From Haliotis rubra (lineage: Eukaryota): a stretch of 64,000 nucleotides of DNA. The stretch covers positions 620,001 to 684,000 of the forward strand of contig NW_025767086.1 in assembly GCF_003918875.1 (NCBI RefSeq), given 5' to 3'. The position numbers and the translations under genes were made by a program. Positions 23,522 through 36,700 of this stretch are shown here, piece after piece (the first letter of the stretch is position 1; each line of letters opens with the position of its first letter). The notes below the pieces were generated by a model that ran no database searches, was not told the origin of the DNA, and saw nothing but the letters and a program-made list of their open reading frames with translations.

Positions 23522-24519
23522 TAGAAAACGTGTATATTTCACTCATCCAGAAACAAGAAATGCACTTAAATCAGGTGACACATCACGAGCATGACTCTTT
23601 AAATAAAATGAAAATCCTGCAAAATATCTACATTCAATTAAATTCTTGTGAAATTTGAACACATCGCATCTCGTTCAATGAAATAAAGTTTCAATTATTT
23701 AAAGACAAATGATCTGGTCTGACTAAATATTTTCATACATTAAGTTTAGAATAACCCTAAAAACAGTTTACAAATACATTCAATTAGTGCTACTAGCAAA
23801 ATATGTTCTGCCTAGGAAATAATTAACTTTAATATGTATGTTTAGATTCTCAAAAACCTTTTCACGGTGTTTGCTTAATATCTTATTATTTAAAATATAT
23901 TTGTTCGGAATTGAAGTTAATGAACATTTACAGATCTGGCTCGTGTGGTGAAGTTAAATCGTACTTTAAATACCCCGATTCAGTGAGAATGCTATGGGGT
24001 TAATGATGGCTTTATCAAGTTAGCACAATGAGATACCACTCCGAAGTGTAAAAAATACCCCACGGAGACGCAATAAACAGACATGGAAGCGACCAAATTT
24101 TACAGACCACCTTTCCCGTCTTTTGGCAAGGCACTGCAGTCGGGTTTGGAACCACACACCTTCGGAGGCTCTATAGACTAGACTAGGAAGTAGCACGGAG
24201 GCTGAACTCATAGAGAAAATCAATCATTCTTTATATCTACAATGCTTAGACTAAGTGTACAGGTTTGTCGACATACCAATATGTGAGGATGTGAAAGCCA
24301 GCATGTACAATTTTGTGGAAGTGTTTTTGAAGTAAAAATGTTATTAAATAAGTTGACATCAAACTGCCAAGATTTAGAATATTCATCTTCAAGACATGAA
24401 CACCCGGGAACAGTTACGCAGTTCATGTTTACATTTTCTTATACCAGATATTCCAATGTTAAGCAGGTGCGTAGCTGGGGAAAAAAATAACTGTATTCAC
24501 ATAAATGCTGGAAAAGATC

Positions 24520-26130
24520 AATACGGTGAAGTTTAACTAAGCTGAATTATTTGAAATATTTGCACTTAACAGACAGTAATACTTTGAACTATATACAATA
24601 AAACACATTCTTAAAACCTTTCACCGAGAACAGAACAGAAATTAAAATTAGAAAAACCCATTACGACAATAGTAAAATTACAAAATTGGCAAACGAAACA
24701 AGCGGATTCTAAAAACGACATCTCAAAGAATGATGCCAGTTACATTTCCTAACAACTCTCAAGCCAGGGCAATAAATCTCGCGATGTTACTAAAAGAGTA
24801 GTGCAAATGTCCTGTTTTGCCCTTGTGAAAAGCTCTGAACAACGTGATCAAAGTCAACCTCGGTGGATAAGAAGATGTGCTTGTGCACTGAGCCGCTTAG
24901 TTACCATTGTTGACCTGAGATAGGGTTTCACATGTCTCATGGTGCTAAACTATTGCTCAGCAGTAGCAGAAGATACAGGCATCGTGATAAGAGTTTAGAC
25001 CGCAACATGAATATTTGGACAAAGATCCAGTGTTTCTAATCAGAGAAGGATGGCTTCGTATCTGCAGCGACGTCTGTCCAACTTCTGATTTAAACAGGTT
25101 GTTGCTCAGGTGTATTTTGCTGTAGTTCCACTAACGGTTGAATTACTCTGCTCCCTATTTAATCTGTTTGGTTATGCAATGAACATGGTGTCGTATATTA
25201 TGCTTCAACACGACCACTGGGACACATCAATCTCTGTTTAATGACTGGGACAGATAATCAAGCATGAGAATAATGCAGCGTTTATCTTGTGTGGATCCAG
25301 GGGCAGTATAACGCATTGTTTGTCGTTCAGCACCTTGGCATAGTTGGAGCTACATCACGTTTGCATCATAACAAATCTAAGACTTCTTTGAACAACTGTT
25401 CCTATATAATGTCATCATCACGGATTTGTGCCAAACTGCTAACTACAACCGACGCTTCACTAGAGGCTATAGACTATGGCTTAGTCTCTGAATATATATA
25501 ATTTTGATAGTAACAAACAAGCCCATTTAAATTGAAAAGGAGCCCTAGGGAGACCAGAGATTCAGAACCTGAGGAAATCTAGACTTGCTTTATTTAGGGC
25601 TATAGCACTGCAGAGAGTGCTTGGCATTAGGGAAAATAATGTGGTTCAGGGACTGTGAGACAGACTATAGAGGCTAGAATGAGATCCATGGTTGCAGACT
25701 GCAACATTACCGACGACGGAGTTGTGTACTGGGTGATGTGCTACCAAACTACAAGACCAATGATGTAATCGAACTACTGAATGGAACGTCGAGGGGACCT
25801 AGTTCACGATCCTGTTCAACGAAAGTAAGACTTCTGAATGATGTAGTAACTGCATCAAATGATACTTGTAAAGTGGATAAAGAATTTGCGCTACGTGCCA
25901 ATCGTGTTTCACACGGAGTAAATAATCCTCTGTCCACGTCCCATTGTCTGTTTGGCTTGTTTATTGGGTATACCAGGTCTTTGGATAAATGCCAAAAGGC
26001 GCTGTCCTGCACCTTAAAAGGCAAAAGCTATATTACATGATCATTTTACTAATTTGATAGAACGGCTGTGAACTAGGGGCAAATACAAGCAATGAGACGT
26101 ACAATAAACAAGGAAAACCTAATATTAACT
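24520..26130 (-). mobile_element. Possible ancient, heavily decayed LINE (CR1/L2-like) 3' region
   Basis: Only scattered resemblance to post-RT LINE coding sequence on the minus strand. No intact motif. Confidence 0.25.
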
Positions 26131-26139
26131 TGGAATGAT

Positions 26140-26866
26140 TAGCTTGAACACCATTCAGGTGACCGATCGTATTTGAGGCGCCATCGTGACCCTGATAGGC
26201 TCACCACGGCCACCTCTAAAACTACAGCAATTCCAGGATTGCGTATTATATCAGCACAGATAGCGAGGAACCATACACGTGTCGCAGGTATTCGCCCGAG
26301 ACGGCCAGTTCGATGCGTCATTTTAACTTATCAGCATCGTCGGCTGCGACGTCAATGGTGTGAAGAATACAGAGTATATGGTCAACGTCAACATCCAACG
26401 ATACACCCATTATCACGTGCCAAACTTTGTGTAGGCAGTATTTTAGGTTCGAAAGACAAAACTGCGACCTTCCAGGTCTCATCTGAACAGCTCTGGTTAT
26501 CATGCAAGGGTTTACAGTGGGAAGTTTAAGCGACTCTTTTGTTACTCAGACAGTTGATAACACTACAACATCGTTGGAGGTGTTGTTCCACCTTCTGTGT
26601 AGATACAGGGTCATAACGTCGCGTTGCAGCTGAAACATGTCCGGCCACATGGTGCACGTACTTCAGAGATGCATATATATAACATAGCTTCACTGACATG
26701 CTGTTTCTCCGTACCTCTTTCCAATAGAACATAACTTGGGATGAGATGGAGCGACATGACCACAATCTTTGGTCCACATTTGGAACAACCTCCCGGGCCG
26801 TATTCAGTCATCTTATGTCTTAGATGCACCGACGCTGTCTCTTTCAACACAGATGGTGGTCACAAC
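26140..26866 (+). mobile_element. Tc1 transposase remnant
   Basis: DRYLRRHR..TAIPGLRIISAQ..GIRPRRPVRCVILTYQHRRLRRQWC, later IEHNLG / IWNNLP and terminal gatggtggtcacaac (DGGHT). Similar to the 9007 transposase. Confidence 0.8.
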
Positions 26867-27221
26867 TATAGCCCGTTTGACTCAAAAGCGGACCAATGAA
26901 TTGCAATCTAACTCGAAAACTAATAAACATAAAATACTCAATGAAACACTGATCATAATCAAAACCTCAGACCAACTCTGTGAGGTTTTTGCAGAATTTA
27001 TGTCCTAAAAATAAAAAAGTTGTTTAACAAACTATCATTAAAATATCGACACAGTTCACTATTTGTTACGAGGGAGGAGTGCAGAGAAAGGGACAGCCAG
27101 GTGTGCGAGAAAGGATGGAGACGGAACAGCACAGGTTTATGAATCAATAACGTTGTCGGCACTCGCTTCTCTAACACCGGGCTGTCCCCTTTCTCTGCAC
27201 TCCTCCCTCGTAACAAATAGT

Positions 27222-27586
27222 GGGGTGAGGTGAGGTGAAATTGGGTTTAACGTCGTGCTTGAAAATATTTCGCTCATATGACGACGTGCATACGTGTGTA
27301 TGTGTATGTGCGGCTGCTTGTACTAGCCCAGACTGAAGCTGGTACATGTATATAGAGCTAGCCCACTGAGATACCATGCCGCAGTGAAGCATGAATACCC
27401 CACTCAGACACATAATACTTACTCAGAACCGACCAGTCCTTATTGTACCCATTAATGCCGAGCGCCAGGCAGGGACCAACAAATACCATATTTTAACGTC
27501 TTTTGGTATGACGCGGTCGGGGATCGAACCCGCGACCTTCCGCTCTCCGGGCGGACGCTCTAACCACTACACCACGGAGGCGGTTC
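27222..27586 (-). mobile_element. Full-length tRNA-derived SINE, family D (CORE-like)
   Basis: Reverse-complement head accgcctccgtggtgtagtggttagagcgtccgcccggagagcggaaggtcgcgggttcgatcccc, body ..cctgcctggcgctcggcattaatggg.., (cacct)n tail, TSD aacaaatagt. Confidence 0.88.
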
Positions 27587-27596
27587 AACAAATAGT

Positions 27597-27659
27597 GGGG
27601 GTGGTGGAATTGGGTTTAACGTCGTGCTTGAGAATATTTCGCTCATATGACGACGTTCC
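27597..27659 (-). mobile_element. 5'-truncated family D SINE (tail only)
   Basis: Near-identical to the tail at 27225-27287 (aattgggtttaacgtcgtgcttga.aatatttcgctcatatgacgacgt). Flanked by aacaaatagt. Confidence 0.8.
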
Positions 27660-27669
27660 AACAAATAGT

Positions 27670-27851
27670 TAGTGAGTGAGTGAGTGAGTTTAGTTTTACG
27701 CCACACTCAGCAATATTGCATCTATATGGCGGCGGCCTGTAAATAATAATCTGGAACAGACAATCCAGTGATGAACAGCATGAGCATCGATCTGCGCAAC
27801 TGGGAACCAATGACATGTGTCAACCAAGCCAGCGAGCCTGACCACCCGTGT
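27670..27851 (-). mobile_element. 5'-truncated family A SINE
   Basis: (gtga)n tail through cctgaccacccg, flanked by aacaaatagt. Confidence 0.85.
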
Positions 27852-28122
27852 AACAAATAGTGAACTTTTAATGATAAGTGTTAAACAACTTTTTTTATTT
27901 TAGAAGATAAATTCTGCAAACAAATCAGAGAGTTGGTCTGATGTTTTGATTATGATCAGCGTTTCATTGAGTATTTTAAGTTTATTAGTTTTCGAGTTAG
28001 ATTGCAATTCATCGGTCCGCTTTTGAGCCACACGGACTATAATACTGACATTTCGTTTTCTTCAACCAGCCCTCTTTTGGGGCATGTGTCTTCTGTTACC
28101 ACGCGATGTTGCCCTTTTAAAA

Positions 28123-28265
28123 GTGAGCGAGTGTGGTCTTACGTCACTATTAGCAATATTCCATCATTATCACGGCGGGGGACACGAGAAATGTGGTTCA
28201 AACATGATACCCATCTATGCATTGGTATCTATGTGTGGGTTTACGGTAGGTCTTTTCAACAGTGA
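28123..28265 (-). mobile_element. Degenerate family B SINE
   Basis: gtgagcgagtgtggtcttacgtcactattagcaatattcca..tatcacggcgggggacac matches the family B tail. Confidence 0.6.
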
Positions 28266-29178
28266 CGTTTAATTGTGTGCAATGATTTACAAACACATGG
28301 GTGATATGATGAATACATTCTACCCAACATGGTTTCCTGCATTAGGAAACCGGGCTCCAAACCTAGCTCGTTTGTACAGAGATGTTTTGGGGCTGTGACA
28401 TAACTAGCGTAATTATTCACTGCCAAATGAATAAATATATTTTCCCGATGTTTACAGGCATCCATTTGACTGAGACTGTAGTACCTTACACATGTAACTA
28501 GCTGTGGTCTGACGCACCATAATGTTCTTCCGTCATAGGTTTCAATTGCTGATTCCAACATTCTGGAAAAAAAAGAACTTCTTATCGTGTTAGAAAGATA
28601 TATTTAGACAAATTGCCTCTTCATAGAGTTATTACGCCTACAGTCCTTTAACCCTCAATCTTATGCAGCCAGACTCCGCCTGTCTGCCTGTAGCGTCTTG
28701 TGTGCAATGACACACGTGCTGGATGTAGTAGCACGTGTATGTTTGTACACGTGTTAGGTCATATGGACTTGCTTGCGGAATGCTACCACGTGCGCAGTTC
28801 TTGTAATAGTGTTACATGTCAGAAAATGTTATGCTGGTTCCATGTCAACCTAATTTCATTAGCTGTGTAACGTCAACATTGCTAAATAACATGTCATGCA
28901 TTTCAAAGACAATCCCCAGAACTTTCAATTATAAAATATGGATTTACACAGGAATAAAATTCAATGCATAGTTCACAAACATCAGTACTATATACATATG
29001 CTGTCAAAGGGAAAATACGTTTTAGGGTTAAAATAAACCTATTTAGAAATAGTTATGGGAGAGGTGGCATGGAGTTTAACGTATCTCGAGATTACTTTTT
29101 AATAGCGTGGAGGAGTATGCAAATGTGTGTGTCCCTTTATTGCTTCCACTGAGGCCTGATGAAAGAGTACGTTGAGCT

Positions 29179-29180
<2 letters not shown>

Positions 29181-29228
<48 letters not shown>
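29181..29228. repeat. (GT)n microsatellite
   Basis: About 24 GT units. Confidence 0.95.
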
Positions 29229-29229
<1 letters not shown>

Positions 29230-32200
29230 GTAATGACACGTGGGTATCCATTAGATGACAAGTTACTAGCGGGTACCAAAAATAAGTCACAAGTGTTAAG
29301 TGTTAATTAACGAGTGACCTATTTTGTTAGTTACTATTTGTCAGTCTGAGTACATTATTTGAAAATACAATTCTGAGCTTGTAATGCATATTTACATACA
29401 ATATACTGACTCCAGGCTATGCTTTATCCACTTAATGTCCAGCAACTGGTACAGTCACAGTACCATATGATGCAGCCTGGACTTGAACTACTGACGGTCA
29501 CCTCCCGACTGATGCTCCATCCACTGGACCACTGAGGCTGCCAGATAGCAGAGGACCAGTTCAATAAGTTTCTTTCACCATGTTGGAGGAAAGTCCATAG
29601 CAGGCAATCACTCTGGTGAAAACACCAGCACAATTATAATGCCTAAGAACCCATGATCATAATGGAATAAATCTGAGACTCTGCAGGGTCTCAGCAGAGG
29701 GACAAGGGGATGCAATATGAAAGTTGAAGCACTACAGGGAAACCCATAAATTTGTAAAAGACAAGAAAAAACATGGTGGTGTAGATATACAATGTTTATT
29801 TTACCTTTAACAGACAGGTACTACACTCCTTCCATTCACTGGGATCCAACTGCCCAGATATCTAGCACTGTGACACAGGTCAACTGTCCTCATGTGTCCA
29901 CTTACACACAATACCAGGGGGAGACACGAAGGTGTCTGTTTGAAACCAATTGAAAATGACATTGTATGTTTTGTCATAACCTTTAGTAATATTCATGACT
30001 CCCTGGCACACACTGTTATCTTTCCTCCAAACTGAATCAGGTTGATTATTTCCACAATATTTAAACCATTAAACGAATACTTTCAACACTATCTGTAAGA
30101 ACCAAGATATATTAATGACAAAGCTCAAATCTCTTCATCATTAACTGAAAGATATCAATAAATATTCAATTAAATATCCTGAGTAGTAATCACAATCCAT
30201 CAAAGTGACAACTTACCAACATGAAGATTCCTGTATCAGTGTAACTGCTGAAGCAAATATTAACAGCAGAATATATATCTTGCATATCAAACTGCTTGAA
30301 AAGATATCAAATTATATTCACAAGGTAAATAATTGTAGAAATAACTGCCTGTCATTTACAACCATGCAATAAATAAGTTAGTCTTGCTACTGAGTACAGA
30401 TTCCTTCTTTGGCAAGTTTTCATATACAATAACTTATGAATACAATGAGCAAGCTTTGTACCTACATTGTTAACACACTCTGCAAAAAAGTATACAAACA
30501 TCAGAAATGTGGCTTTGTAAGTTTTGTATTACACCTCCCTCTAAAATATATTTCACTGGGAGTTGAAAGGGTTATCTGGGTACTTCCTTATCAATCCTTG
30601 ATGTTATTAATCTGATAAGTGCATATCTGCTATACTGGACAATAAAGCCAATATCTTGGTTGCTCTAGAACTAACAGTCCAGTGCATACGTATCTTCCCA
30701 TGTCAACTAAAACATCAAACTTGTACAGTACTGTATACAACTCAAACTGAAATACACACAGTAATTACAATATCAACACTATTCAGATTATACAAGCAAA
30801 TGAAATGGGTGGAAACATCGGACTGGATTAAAACTAAAAGTGACAATGATCTGTATGGAGATTGTGACGGCATAAAACATGCATATGAAATTTCAACTAA
30901 GTTGAAAATCAGGAATGAATTTTTATGGACGTTAAAATAAGCAATGCGGATGAATTCACTTAAAACAAAGCAAACATTTACCCGTTCTAAAGATGTGTAA
31001 TAAACAGTTTTCGATAGTCAGCTGTGAAGAATCACAAATTCCAATATTTGAGATCCATTGAGATTTTTGTTATCAACAAGTGTTAATGTTTTCAACTATC
31101 TGTTGGGTCCAAATAAAATAAACACTGTCAAAGCATTTGATGTGTAAATCACATTGCCACAGGACCAGTCAGTTGTTTAACAAATGTCAGTAAACATGTA
31201 GGCAAGATCATCTTTCATAGACAAGGAGCATAGGCTTCGGGATATTCATGAAACAATTGTGTGATTACAGGTTGAGGGAGACTGTCCCAATGAAAGAAAT
31301 ATGAACATAAATTAAACAGTAGGTACTGAGGGGAGGAAAAGTAACAGAAATAGCAGTATACACAGAAAATAGTAGAGGACAAAACTGATGTCTAAAATAT
31401 ACTTGAAAATGACTATGAAGAACTAAAATGAAAATATCACTTCAGTTTCTGCTAAAATATACAGTATGAAAGCTGTGGCATCAGATACATATGTCCTATG
31501 ATGAATGCATATGTGTGAGTCTTGATGAATGCATGTCTTTCTGCTGGAGTGAAGATGTCTGCAGAAGATGGAAGCGACAGCCTGACAGTGGTGCCAGATG
31601 GTCGACATGGAGATCAGAAGGAATGTCATGACATGCAACAATAGTCATGTATATATGTGTCAGCTATAGCAGACACACAGCGCCATACTGTTGGTAACAA
31701 TATAATAGATAATTCAACATGTACAGAACAGCAGGTGTTATCAGTGCACAATTGCAAGTGCAAAATTGAAAATAAGTCTAATCAGCCTTAGGAAAAGGAG
31801 CAACACCAATAATTATCTTCAGAGTCAAAATCTCAATCACTCTTTATCATTCTAATGGAAGGACTGACAAACACAACAATCATGTTTAAATCAAATATTT
31901 TCCTTTTCTTGGATCAAATGGCTGTACTCGAATTATCAAATATATAGGATAAGGAATAAGGAAACAGATCTTTTTTCAACTATGGCCCTATGATTCATAT
32001 ATATCACCTACTACCCTGACTGACAAATTACAAACTTCTGTACTGAAACATATGGTCACTCACAAGTTATCTTGAAAAAAAGACACATCAAATTCTATGA
32101 CTTCATCCTTAGATTTAGTTCAGTGCAAGATATTTATTGTTGACATTTAACAAAACACCACTTCAATGTAACACTTCAATATATACATTTTAAGACAGAA

Positions 32201-33744
32201 AGACTTAATCATGGAAGTAGTCTCAACTTTGTGATAAACTCTAAATAAATTCTTTAACATTTTAAACAATATATTTATCTCAAGCTATTTTTCATCATAT
32301 TAACATTTCATGAACACCACATGCTTACCTTATGGTTTGAGTCTTCAAATACATTTTGCAGAAAATCATTCATACGTAAAGCAAATTAATTTTCATGAAC
32401 GATAACTGCATGAAGTTCAGGAGAAGGAAAACAAATGGGGGGGATGCTCCCAAAACAAAGGAGTTACCTCCCTTTGACCAAGTAAGTTATTCTATGCGTC
32501 TCCAGCATTTTCACTTGGATTTCGTTGGAATACTTTGAAAGACATGTAACAACAAATAAAGATGAAAAGTGAACCATCCTTTACACATGAATGAATGAAA
32601 TACTCCCAGCAGGAGAAATTATTTTTAATGAATGTCATTTTTTCACGGAACATTCATGTTTCATTAAAACAAATTCAGATCCAATGAATTTCAAAAGCAC
32701 CATTTCCTTGGTTCACAAAAAAAACCATCAGCCATTCCATTCCTGGTAAAAACTAGTTGAAAGTATGAAATATTGTACCAGGCTTGCAGTTTGCCAACTT
32801 TGATATATGTACAACAAATAATATGCAACAAACACCACAAATCATCACAAACATGGATCATCACACATAGGATATGAAAGCAAATATAGGATATAGGTTC
32901 TTATGTACACTTTACACTCATAACTTCACCATCAGTTCAACAGTATGTTTGCAGTCTGTCATCTCAACGCAGTTACTACCACCTAGGAAGTGAATGGAAG
33001 ATAATGCATAACTTCTATCAATCATATGTTATTTTCCAAACGCTGTGACATTAATAACAGTTATCAGAAGACTCAAAAATAACAATTAACATAAACAAGT
33101 GAAAAATGAACATTTTTGATTTGAAAATATATGAAATTCCAAAGTGTCTTCAACTGGTTGACGTTTCTGTTACACTAATGACTAAATAAAAGTAACTCTC
33201 AGGAGTCTGGATGCTGAATCAGTATAAAATAAATCTTCTCCTTTTTTAAGGTATCAAATCAATGAATTTGCACACCTATGTTATGTGAAACTCCATCTCA
33301 TTTGATTATTTTAGGCTCGGTACCATGAATGCAAAATCTAGTTTACTGATATCAGCTGATGAATATTTGCCTGCAAAGTGTTGTGATGGCAATACAGGAG
33401 ACCCTGGATGTTTGAGTCATGACCTACACCAGGATACAGTGCTGATGTGTGAAGGCACACTTTGTGGGATGAACACAGCACACGAGCTAGCACTATAGAG
33501 AGGTGGCTCCACATAGGGACAACTTCAGCCAAGTCATTGACTCATGATAGTCAGACACACATTAAGTACACATAAAGACTGGATGTGATCTTTCTGACAA
33601 GGATGTTACATCTTCATGTTATCTGAAACTGTTTAAGTTTTCAACCCTTTCTGATGGGTTAGCCTAACAGTAAGATCTCAGTGTAGTGACATTGTCCATG
33701 CTGGCCGTTCCTAAGAGGCTTCATGTCTTGGAGGGGGGAGACAA

Positions 33745-36700
33745 TTACGGTGATGCCCCAGGACTGGACCGGTCAGATATTCCATCACTGTTGATATCTA
33801 TTTTAGGCTGTGGTCGTTTCTTGAGCATTCCAGGTTCAAACTCAGGGTGGCGTCGAGCATGTTTGTTCAAATGATCACTACGCATAAAGCGTTTTTCACA
33901 GATTGGACATGAGAACTTCTTTTCACCTAAAAAATAATAAAAAAAGCACCATACAATCAGAAACAATTCTGACGTCTCCGGTAAACATGCAGCAAAACAA
34001 AGTGAAACATTCTAGGATTTATGCAAAACAACACATAGAAATTCACCAGTTTGATCAAACCCAAAACAAGAAGTCTCTAAACTGACATGCTGCAGATATC
34101 TAGGCTGTGGAGCAAAGAGAAAGGTAGGTGGCTTGGATTTGACTATTTATAGAACGGGATTCATATCCACAGCCCCACCCTGGTCGGTGATAGCAGCTGA
34201 GTTATCCCCATCTGTTTCCACAGTTATACCATAAGGCTTAAAGTCTTACATTCTAACAGATACAGCATAAATCCACTAGCAACAGCTGAACAGCTTAAAA
34301 GCATCAGTTTTCATATACAATTTTCCATTGACTTAACTTCAGTTTTACCTTACCCTAGTTTTCCCTTGGCATATTTTAGCCTGACTGTATTTGATTCACC
34401 ATGTTTGACCTATTACTAGCTGTTTAATACTCTTCTAAATGGACTTGTGGCTTCCAAAATATAAGGACATCAACAGATCTAAGCATCCATAAGATAATGA
34501 ACACAACACAGCTAAAGAATATTGAGTTAATTCAGATTTGTTTGAAATGTAAATCCAGTATTGAGAATACAGAAAGCTGGCTTACCTGTGTGAGTGCGTA
34601 TGTGTCGTGCAAGTTCATCAGATCGGGCAAAGCGTTTCTCACATCCATACCAAGTACATGGGAATGGTCGTTCACCTGTGGATAAACACACAGATTAATC
34701 ACCCTGATGCAATGGGTACATAAAGCTTTTTCCTGTTAGATTCTGTAAAATGTCACATAATTACAAGTTGATTATTTAACAAGCTGATGTTTTATCACAT
34801 GAGGTGAAGAGGTAAGTGGTTAAGTATTTCAAAGAGCCTGAAGAAACATCACACAATCTGATTCAGGCCAACAGTACGTGAATCATTAGACAAGTCCTCT
34901 CAAAAAGCCATGGATACAAATTGGCAATTGCACTCTACACCTTCACTGTGTGAAGACAAATATTTGAGTACAATGATGTCCCATGAACAGTTTCACATTT
35001 AACCCAACTCCTTAAGATGCTAATAAGAATTTGGACAACATTAATTTGTAGGAAGACATGACAGCATTGGTTCAACAGATTATGGTTACATCTCACCTTT
35101 AAATATGTGTACTGTCACTTTCGAAGTAACAGGACACATATGACAATAATGCAAATAAAACCATTCAGATGTAAAATCACCCAAAGTTTATAAAGGCAGC
35201 TGTTGACTTGTGACTTTTCAAAACATACCTATACATACACTGGACCTAATCAATGTACAGGACACTAGTACTAGCTGAACATCTATACAAAGTGATTGGC
35301 TATATTTGATGTGTTTATTAGCCCTGTGTGATGCATTTAGTACATGAAGACTTCATAAAAATGCATATAACATGTTACAAACCCCAAGGCCAGGCTATTC
35401 CTGCTAAACATATTACTATTTCTATCAGCAGATTTATTTATTGGAGCCAAAAGCCATGCACAATAAAAATCAATAATAATATTCCTCATCTGACCATATG
35501 TTCCACAGTTGATGTATTAAAGAATAATACTGTTAAATGTAGTGGAAAAAGTAGAATGGATCTTTGTAATAATAAGTACAAAGCACTGTTGGTGCCTGTA
35601 GACATACAATCTTGGTAACAGATGAAACAACGCCTTCTTGGACAGGTGAATACTTTCATCTATAGGTAAGGTAACCACTGAGTGTTTGACAAAGACGCAG
35701 TGTGCAGCCACGGTGTTCGGACAGACTGAACAGGCCTTAATTAAATATTATATTCAAAACGGAAACATATTCAATACATGTGTTAAGTATTATTTCAATC
35801 TTAGAGAAGTTTGGCCAGGTATTGTTTTGAATTAATTTGAAACTATAACTAAAATAAGATGTTGTTTAATTAGCATACATCCTTAAAAATATTCATTACA
35901 GAGGCAGACAAAAATCTCATGTCTGAAGAACTAACATGTTTCACTAAATTCAGATAAACATGAAAGCTATCTCCATAAAACAAAAGAAAATTAACATGTT
36001 AACAATTTGTAAATAATACGTTCCAGGATGCATGGATAGACATATATCTTTCAGAATAAAACAGCATGTAGTTCTCAAAAACAGTTGACAAACAACCAAT
36101 ATTGCCAAATGACTATTTGTAACAGATCTGCTACACAGACACTGAAACAAGTATATCCAATACCGCAAATACAAGTTTTATATATTCAACAACTTCAGAT
36201 TACAGCAGTTCCGAAATATGAACCAAGTCTCTAGGCTCCTTTTCATTATATTTAACTGAGATAATTTAACTTTTGTTTCTTGGTAAAATATGTTCATTTC
36301 AGAGATTAGAAATCAGTATAATTGTTAATCTGTCAAGACATCACACATAAGCTAGTGTGCATTCCTACACTTCCTTTGAGTGGTACACAAGCCCTGTACA
36401 ACTAGGGTAAGTTAGTCATTAGTGACACATTGCTCTCAGCTCAGTAGCAGCAGTTGGTGACCCAGGGTCAAGCAAGCGCCACAAGGAGGCAGCACAGTAA
36501 CTGCTTGTACACATATCAGCTGGGCCACACAGATCAGTGTGACAGACAGCTATCATGTACAGTGGAGGCTCCTAAGCACAGCTGACAGTGTGGAGGCGGG
36601 AGTATGGAAGGTGCCCTACAGGAAGGTGTGGGGATACCAGATAACTGCTGACATTCAGTGGATGTAGCTGCTCAAATCCTCAGTCAAACTTAATTGTGAT

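Larger units (their letters stand above)
26867..28041. mobile_element. Fold-back MITE with ~240-bp inverted arms and TA ends; right arm interrupted by three SINEs
   Basis: Left arm tatagcccgtttgactcaaaagcggacc..ttcactatttgttacgagggaggagtgcagagaa is mirrored by ttctctgcactcctccctcgtaacaaatagtg[inserts]aac..ggtccgcttttgagccacacggactata. Confidence 0.88.

Noticed and set aside
27212-27861. Repeat-spacer pattern as a CRISPR array
   Set aside because: The 10-bp repeats are target-site duplications, and the inserts are recognisable SINEs of variable length.
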